Assembly (NCBI GenBank): GCA_963745075.1
Contig: CAVUWV010000001.1
Coordinates: 346,240-410,239, forward strand
Reading direction: 5' to 3'
From: Candidatus Hydrogenedentota bacterium
Lineage (GTDB): Bacteria > Hydrogenedentota > Hydrogenedentia > Hydrogenedentales > SLHB01
Length of the DNA: 64,000 nt
Shown here: positions 58,186 through 64,000 of the stretch, one piece after another
Layout of the letters: the number at the start of each line of letters is the position of its first letter
Position numbering within the stretch: position 1 is the first letter of the stretch
Translations under genes and position numbers: made by a program
Notes under the pieces: model-generated
The model's input: the letters and a program-made list of their open reading frames with translations, nothing else
What the model was told of the DNA's origin: nothing
Database searches by the model: none

Positions 58186-60855
58186 TCACGGCGTGATGTT
58201 CCAGCCGGTTACGCGTAAGGCTGGTTCGGCCCGTTCGAGATCGGTCGCGTTGAAGGTGGCCGTGTATTCTTTCGATTCACCCGGCAACAGGGAGAAATCG
58301 TTTTCCGACCAGTAGCACGGAGCGACTTCCCCACCCCCTTCGTTCTTGGTGATGGCCAGATTCACGAAGAAGGCGATGGTGTCGCCAGAATTACTCGCGC
58401 GAACGGTCGCGGTATATTTATCTCCATTCTGCGTGAACGTAGGCGTCGTCTCGAGTTCAGCTTTGGGCAGCGAGCGCAACAGCGTGAAATCGGCGACGGA
58501 TTTGGCGTTCAGTGCGAAGTTGGTCCAATCGTCGGTCATCTGTCCCGGAATATCGGGGGTAGTGGACAGCCAATACAGGTTGTCCGAGATGAGTTTGCCG
58601 TCGCGGCCGGTGAGCGTCAGGCACAGGAAATGGGTTTTGGACAGACCATCCGGAAACTCGATGGCAAAGACGTTCGTCTTGCCGTCCGGTTCAACCTTCA
58701 CGTTTGCTTCCCGCTGCCACATCTCCTTCATATCCGTATTGAGCAGGCGAGCGGACACGTGCAAGTCGTCGAAGGGTTTGTAGAGGGAATTCACGACCCA
58801 TATCGAATGGTCGTCGTACGAATACTGGACGTGCAGGGGTTCGCAGGCCTTTTTGGCGCCGTAGTATGCGCCGGTCGCCAGCAGATACCAGTCCACATAC
58901 TGCCACGTCATGACCGCGGGCCACGCGGCGTCGTACTTCCAGGCGGTAATCCCGAGGGCGTCGTACTTGTTGCGCGCGAAGGCCTCGTACATGGCCCGGG
59001 CGCTTTCGTAATTGAGCACCTGGCCGGTTAAGCAGAAATCGTCAACGTCCTTGGGTTGGCCGTAGCGGGCGTTCATCGCACGAATGGTTGCCTGGAAGAA
59101 TTCGGCGCCCTGGATGACGGTATGGAACGACATGGCTTCGGACCAGAGCGGCCACAATTGATCCTCGGGAATGGTGCGGCGCACGGTTTCGGACGTGGCA
59201 ATGACGCCGCCGATGCCGCCGGACTGGGCGAAACCCCAGGCGCGTTCGGGATACTGGGTGTCGTAGTACCGGGCGGGGTTCGCGTAGGTCCACAGTTCGC
59301 GGGTCCCTGTACGCGTGCCGCCGGTTTTGAACCGATCTGCCACGTCGAAGGCGCCCGAGTGGGGCTGATAGGTGCGGTCGGGGATGTATCGCGCGATGAG
59401 GTCGCGGTACGCCTGGTCGAGCGTCGGCGTGGGGAAGGTTTCGTCGTGCCCGAGGAAGTGCACGAGGCTGGGATGGTTCCGGATGCGGAGAATAGTGTCT
59501 TCGATACAGGCAATGGCCAGCGGTTCGTCGGGAATGCTGCGACCGAAGAGTTGCTGCGTGACCATGACGCCCTCTTCGTCGCAGATGTCGTAAAGCCGGT
59601 CCGTTTCGCGAATCGAAAAGCCCTCCGAGCGCAGCATGTTCAGATTGGCTTCGCGCGCATAGCGAACCAAGGCGCGGTCGCGGCGTTCCGTGAATCGAAG
59701 CAGCATATCGTTGGTCATCCACGCGCCGCCGCGAATCAGCACGCGCTGGCCGTTGATACGATAGCCTCGCCAGCCTTCGTCGTTGATGTAGGTGGTTGCC
59801 TCGCGGATACCGAATCGCGATGAAACCTGGTCGGACACCTGAGAATCCACGTCCGCGGACAGCGCGACCGTATACAGTTCCTGCGGGCCGAGTGGATGCG
59901 GCCACCACACGCGAGGCTTTTCAATGACGAGCGATTCGAATTCGGCGGGCTCGAACGTAATCCATCGGCTTTCGCCCTGTTTCAGCGAGACCGGCTGTTG
60001 AAACGCGCGATCCTCGATGACGCCTCGAATCATGGCGTCGACACGCTTTTTGGTCACGTTCGTCGCGAGGACGGAAACGGTAAGTTCCGCCTTTGTCAGT
60101 CCCGGGACTTCGAGCTTGGGCAGCACGTACGGGTGTCGCAGCGTGACCGGACCGCTCGCGGTGAGGTATACGTCCTGCCAGATGCCCATATTGAGGTCGG
60201 GGGGTTGGGGGTTATGGTCGTCCCATCCGGTGGTAGCCTCAACTTGTTTCGTGCGAAACTCCTGGTCCGGGAGTTTGCCCGGCGCGCTGACCTCGACCGC
60301 AAGGCAATTTGTCTCGCCAGCGTGAATGCCCTTGGTAACGTCAAATTCAAAGCGGCGAAACATGCCGACAACGTCGTCGGCGTCCGCGATCTTTTTGCCG
60401 TTGAGCCACACGTTGGCCCGATAGTTGATGCCGTCGAGATGAAGTTGGACGTGCCGCCCCTCGTAGTCCGCGGGGACGGCGAACTCGATGCGATACCACC
60501 ACGCCGGATAGAAGGGGCTGGACTCATCCATCCGCATCCAACGGCCCTCTTTGTATCCGGGAATTTGTTTGAGGTTGAGGCCGTAATACGGATCGGGATA
60601 CACGTTCGCATCCGCGAGGGCGGCGAGCACGGTCGATGGGAGCTTCAGCGAATACCAATCCTTGGTGCTGAACCCCAACGAGGACAACGGTGCGCCTTGT
60701 GCATTTGGGATAGATGCGCTGGACTGGAGTCGCCACCCATCGTTCAGAACGATCGCATCTCCGGGAGGGGTCGCGACCGCAGCCGGCGCGAACGACAGTG
60801 CGGCACAAGCAATCGCCAACACCGGAAGACCACTAAAACCGCGTAGACATTTCAT
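58186..60855 (-). CDS. glycoside hydrolase family 2 protein (beta-mannosidase/exo-glucosaminidase-like)
   Basis: 889 aa, signal peptide, GH2 sugar-binding, immunoglobulin-like and TIM-barrel regions (WWYRIEF...NVWLNGKKI...NLNMLRSEG). Confidence 0.8.
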   Translation of the reverse strand: MKCLRGFSGLPVLAIACAALSFAPAAVATPPGDAIVLNDGWRLQSSASIPNAQGAPLSSLGFSTKDWYSLKLPSTVLAALADANVYPDPYYGLNLKQIPGYKEGRWMRMDESSPFYPAWWYRIEFAVPADYEGRHVQLHLDGINYRANVWLNGKKIADADDVVGMFRRFEFDVTKGIHAGETNCLAVEVSAPGKLPDQEFRTKQVEATTGWDDHNPQPPDLNMGIWQDVYLTASGPVTLRHPYVLPKLEVPGLTKAELTVSVLATNVTKKRVDAMIRGVIEDRAFQQPVSLKQGESRWITFEPAEFESLVIEKPRVWWPHPLGPQELYTVALSADVDSQVSDQVSSRFGIREATTYINDEGWRGYRINGQRVLIRGGAWMTNDMLLRFTERRDRALVRYAREANLNMLRSEGFSIRETDRLYDICDEEGVMVTQQLFGRSIPDEPLAIACIEDTILRIRNHPSLVHFLGHDETFPTPTLDQAYRDLIARYIPDRTYQPHSGAFDVADRFKTGGTRTGTRELWTYANPARYYDTQYPERAWGFAQSGGIGGVIATSETVRRTIPEDQLWPLWSEAMSFHTVIQGAEFFQATIRAMNARYGQPKDVDDFCLTGQVLNYESARAMYEAFARNKYDALGITAWKYDAAWPAVMTWQYVDWYLLATGAYYGAKKACEPLHVQYSYDDHSIWVVNSLYKPFDDLHVSARLLNTDMKEMWQREANVKVEPDGKTNVFAIEFPDGLSKTHFLCLTLTGRDGKLISDNLYWLSTTPDIPGQMTDDWTNFALNAKSVADFTLLRSLPKAELETTPTFTQNGDKYTATVRASNSGDTIAFFVNLAITKNEGGGEVAPCYWSENDFSLLPGESKEYTATFNATDLERAEPALRVTGWNITP

Positions 60856-61154
60856 AACAACCCCCTGTATGCACGTTATCGCCGATTCGCACTTCGACGG
60901 GTACGGTGTGCTCCGTCCACCAATCTAGCGACTGCCGCACCAAGACGCAAGGTCGCGTTTTGCGCCGAACACGGAACTTGAAATCCCGACTGGGGATTAA
61001 CCGGTGTGAAACGTTGATGGCAGGGGACGACGCGGCGATGGGCGTGGACCGCGGAAATGCCAGGTCACCGACGAAACGGTAAACCGACACGCCCGGTTTT
61101 GCCGGGGAGATGCATTCACGAGCGATTAGCCTATAGCCATGAAGGGAGTGCCCC

Positions 61155-63212
61155 ATGTGCAGGTCATCATTTCCAGCGTACTGCGCGGTCGTGTGTCTTA
61201 TTTTAGTACCTACCGCCAGGGGCGAAACAGGCTCCGACAAGACTCTCGCGCCATACTTCTTCGTCGAAGGCGGCGATGCCGCGATTGACAGTTTTCCCCT
61301 CAAGCAAACCTCGGCCGACGTTACCATCTCCGGCGTAATCGCGAGAGTGGCGCTCACGCAGACCTACGTTAACGATGGCACCCGGCCCATTAACGCAACA
61401 TACGTGTTTCCCGCGTCCACGCGGGCTTCCGTGCACGGCATGACGATGACCATCGGCGAGCATGTCATCACCGCGAAGATTCGGGAGAGGGAACGGGCGA
61501 AACAGGAATTCAGCCAGGCGAAGAAGGCCGGGAAGAGCGCGTCACTGCTCGAACAGCAGCGACCCAACGTGTTCAGTATGGACGTGGCCAACGTGATGCC
61601 GGGGGACACGATCGACGTTGAACTGTTCTACACCGAGTTGTTGGCGCCCACCGACGGCACCTACGCGTTCGTGTTCCCGACTGTCGTGGGGCCGCGCTAC
61701 TCGGAATTCACGGAGAAGACCGCGACCGATCACGACCGCTGGGTGCAAAGTCCTTATCTTCACGAGGGGGAGGCGTCGCCCATGGGGTTCGATATCTCGG
61801 TCAAGATATCGAGCGGCATTCCGTTGCAGGAGGTGTCGTGTCCGACGCACGAGGTGACTGTCGATTGGGCCGATGAGCGATCCGCGACGGTTTCCCTGGC
61901 GCCATCCGACGAGCCGGGCGGCAACCGGGATTTTATTCTGAAATACCGGCTCGCAGGGCAACAGATCGAGTCTGGTTTGATGCTGTATAGTGGCGTGGAC
62001 GAAAATTTCTTCCTGCTGATGGCCGAACCGCCGGCCCGGGTGCGCCTGGAGAATATCCCGCCGCGCGAGTATGTTTTTGTCGTTGACGTGTCCGGTTCGA
62101 TGCACGGGTTCCCGCTGAATGTATCCAAGGAACTGCTGCGGTCCTTGATCGGTAGTCTGCGGCCGACGGATACCTTTAACGTCGTTCTCTTCGAGTCCTC
62201 GGCCGTCGCCATGTCTCCAGTGTCGATACCGGCTAGTGCGGAGAATATTAAGAGGGCGATCGGCGTCATCGGTCAGCAGCGCGGGGGCGGTGGCACGCGG
62301 CTTTTGTCGGCTATGGAGACGGCGTTTGCGTTGCCGCGCGACGAGAATACGTCGAGAAATCTCATCCTGGTCACGGACGGCTACATCTCGGCGGAGAAAG
62401 ACGTCTTCATGGCGATCCGTAAGAATCTGCATAATGCGAATGTCTTTGCGTTTGGCATCGGATCGAGCGTTAACCGGCACCTTATCGAAGGCGTGGCCAA
62501 AGCGGGAAACGGCGAATTGTTTATCGTCACGGAGCCCCAGGAGGCACCGGTCGAGGCGGACCGGTTCCGGGTCTACGTCGAGTCGCCGGTGCTGACCCGC
62601 GTGTCCGTCAAATACGAAGGCTTTGAGGCCTACGATGTCGAGCCGGGCTCCATTCCAGACCTGTTGGCGCAACGGCCGTTGCTTGTCTACGGCAAATGGC
62701 GGGGCGACGCCGGCGGCACGATTCGCATTGAAGGCGTGAGCGGCAACGGCCGGTACGAACGGGATTTTAATGTGGCCGAAACGCGTCCCGTGGCGGAGAA
62801 CGAACCCTTGCGTTACTTGTGGGCTCGCGCACGCGTTGCAGAGTTGTCTGACTACAACTTCGAGTTGGGTGAGGACGAGGCGGCTCGCGAAGTCACGTCG
62901 CTGGGGCTAACGTACAACCTTTTGACCAAATACACGTCTTTTGTTGCGGTACACGAGGTCGTCCGGAATACGCAGGGTAACGCGATGGACGTGCAGCAAC
63001 CGCTGCCGTTGCCCAAGGGCGTAACCGATCTCGCGGTGGGCACCAACGCTATGGCTACGGCCAAGACCCAACCGGCGGGACGAATGTCGTCCGTCCGCAC
63101 GGCGAGGAGACTCGCTGAGCCGGGCCTCGTGCTGATGCTGCTGTTGGTGACGCTTGGTTTCGCCGGAAAGTACCTGCTTGAGCGGCGCGTGGCAGGTCGC
63201 AAATCCGCATGA
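61155..63212 (+). CDS. VIT domain + von Willebrand factor A domain protein with C-terminal hydrophobic anchor and basic tail
   Basis: VIT region N-terminal. VWA MIDAS DVSGSM...TDG. C-terminus AEPGLVLMLLLVTLGFAGKYLLERRVAGRKSA resembles a PEP-CTERM-like sorting signal. Confidence 0.8.
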   Translation: MCRSSFPAYCAVVCLILVPTARGETGSDKTLAPYFFVEGGDAAIDSFPLKQTSADVTISGVIARVALTQTYVNDGTRPINATYVFPASTRASVHGMTMTIGEHVITAKIRERERAKQEFSQAKKAGKSASLLEQQRPNVFSMDVANVMPGDTIDVELFYTELLAPTDGTYAFVFPTVVGPRYSEFTEKTATDHDRWVQSPYLHEGEASPMGFDISVKISSGIPLQEVSCPTHEVTVDWADERSATVSLAPSDEPGGNRDFILKYRLAGQQIESGLMLYSGVDENFFLLMAEPPARVRLENIPPREYVFVVDVSGSMHGFPLNVSKELLRSLIGSLRPTDTFNVVLFESSAVAMSPVSIPASAENIKRAIGVIGQQRGGGGTRLLSAMETAFALPRDENTSRNLILVTDGYISAEKDVFMAIRKNLHNANVFAFGIGSSVNRHLIEGVAKAGNGELFIVTEPQEAPVEADRFRVYVESPVLTRVSVKYEGFEAYDVEPGSIPDLLAQRPLLVYGKWRGDAGGTIRIEGVSGNGRYERDFNVAETRPVAENEPLRYLWARARVAELSDYNFELGEDEAAREVTSLGLTYNLLTKYTSFVAVHEVVRNTQGNAMDVQQPLPLPKGVTDLAVGTNAMATAKTQPAGRMSSVRTARRLAEPGLVLMLLLVTLGFAGKYLLERRVAGRKSA

Positions 63213-63955
63213 CGATTCGGACCCTCCGAGACAATTGGAGGCCCTACCTGGCCGCCATTGTCGTGGCCGCGTCGCTCAAAACCGGGTACAGCGTTGCGGG
63301 CGCCGGTGAACTTCGGTGGATACTGGGACCCACGGCATGGCTTGCGGACGTATTCACGAGGCGTGGGTTTGCATTCGAAGACGGCGCCGGATACGTGAGC
63401 GCGGACGGGGGCATTGTTATCGCGCCGGTGTGCGCAGGAGTCAATTTTCTGATCATCTGTTTTTGTATGCTGGCGTTCAGTCATATTCCGCATGTCCGGC
63501 GACCAGCAGCAACGTTTGGCTTGCTGATCGGATTGGCGCTCGTTTCGTACGTCGTGACGGTCTTGGTGAATGCAGCGCGAATCGCCGTGTCGATTCAATC
63601 CCTCGAGTTGGCGCTCCCGTACCGATGGCTTTCGTCCGAAGGCATGCATCGCTTGGAAGGAGTGTCCATCTACTTTCTGAGTTTGAGCTTGCTCTATATT
63701 GGGTCGCAGGAGATATCGCACCGCGTCGTCGGCGGTGGCAACGGACGACACCTTGGACGTTTGACGCTCGCGGCGCCGCTGTTCTGGTACTTTTTGGTTA
63801 CGGTCGGCATACCGCTGGTTCGAATCTCCTACGGGGCGGACGATGAGCGCTTTATTGAACACGTGCGATACGTGATTCTCGTTCCCGCACTCATGGTACT
63901 TGCGTACGCAGCACTACGACGCGGGTTGCGTGCGTTCGGCCCGGTGCGGGACTGA
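63209..63955 (+). CDS. short exosortase/archaeosortase-family membrane protein (XrtN-like, tentative)
   Basis: 248 aa, ~6-7 TM helices. Candidate catalytic Cys APVCAGVNFL and Arg NAARIAVS in exosortase-like spacing. ATGA overlap with the VIT-vWA gene. Confidence 0.5.
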   Translation: MTIRTLRDNWRPYLAAIVVAASLKTGYSVAGAGELRWILGPTAWLADVFTRRGFAFEDGAGYVSADGGIVIAPVCAGVNFLIICFCMLAFSHIPHVRRPAATFGLLIGLALVSYVVTVLVNAARIAVSIQSLELALPYRWLSSEGMHRLEGVSIYFLSLSLLYIGSQEISHRVVGGGNGRHLGRLTLAAPLFWYFLVTVGIPLVRISYGADDERFIEHVRYVILVPALMVLAYAALRRGLRAFGPVRD

Positions 63956-64000
63956 ATTGTCTGGATACCCATTCGCGCCTTCGCGGCACCCCTGAGGGGG

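Overview
High-GC (~60%) bacterial chromosomal segment. Several gene families point to a Planctomycetota-like genome, but this is inference: a DUF1559 protein with a prepilin-type N-terminus, Tat-signal Gfo/Idh/MocA and pfam12831-like FAD oxidoreductases, many glycoside hydrolases, and a sigma-54 regulon. All long antisense ORFs in the track are treated as GC-driven artefacts. The ORF track uses TTG/GTG as M, so several starts were re-placed at ATG with a Shine-Dalgarno site.

Gene content, left to right:
- (1) A minus-strand housekeeping block: lptA-like (partial), lptC-like, coaX, birA, nadC, hisS. purE is divergent on the plus strand.
- (2) A minus-strand operon: carbamoyltransferase, SxtJ-like, DUF5989, a PTS-EIIA(Ntr)/zinc-ribbon fusion, and a cNMP-binding protein.
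- (3) An OmpA-family lipoprotein whose signal peptide and mature domain lie in different frames.
- (4) An MFS transporter, then a polysaccharide-utilisation block: GH42-like, nitrilase-superfamily hydrolase, Tat FAD-oxidoreductase, DUF1559, HD-GYP, GDPD lipoprotein.
- (5) A ~3.5 kb degraded phage-like segment with a terminase-large-subunit gene split across two frames and an upstream HNH-like ORF, followed by a DUF4160/DUF2442 pair.
- (6) A sugar ABC importer (substrate-binding protein plus two permeases), an orphan PilZ-receiver fusion, rlmI, and tRNA-Ala(GGC) followed by a ~2.2 kb low-GC segment with no intact genes.
- (7) A metal-resistance island: a ZraSR-like sensor kinase and sigma-54 (NtrC-family) activator, a c-type cytochrome, a periplasmic triple-YHS-repeat protein, and a cusB/cusA/cusC-like efflux operon. 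The last two are each preceded by a textbook -24/-12 promoter.
- (8) A YncE-like beta-propeller, a Gfo/Idh/MocA oxidoreductase, a DUF1080+BNR sialidase-like protein, GH2, and a VIT-vWA protein with a translationally coupled short exosortase-like protein.

Three non-coding repeat families recur in the intergenic regions:
- (a) Tandem arrays of 9-10-nt GTCC(N)TG(NN) units at six or more loci, with a G-quadruplex-capable complement strand.
- (b) A 35-bp palindromic element, CCCCCTTTGAAGGGGGATCAAGGGGGATGTTCTTC, in five copies, arranged as nested inverted pairs around the sialidase-like gene.
- (c) An ~85-bp long-stem hairpin present twice, in opposite orientations, about 12 kb apart.

No CRISPR array, rRNA or intact transposase/integrase was seen.
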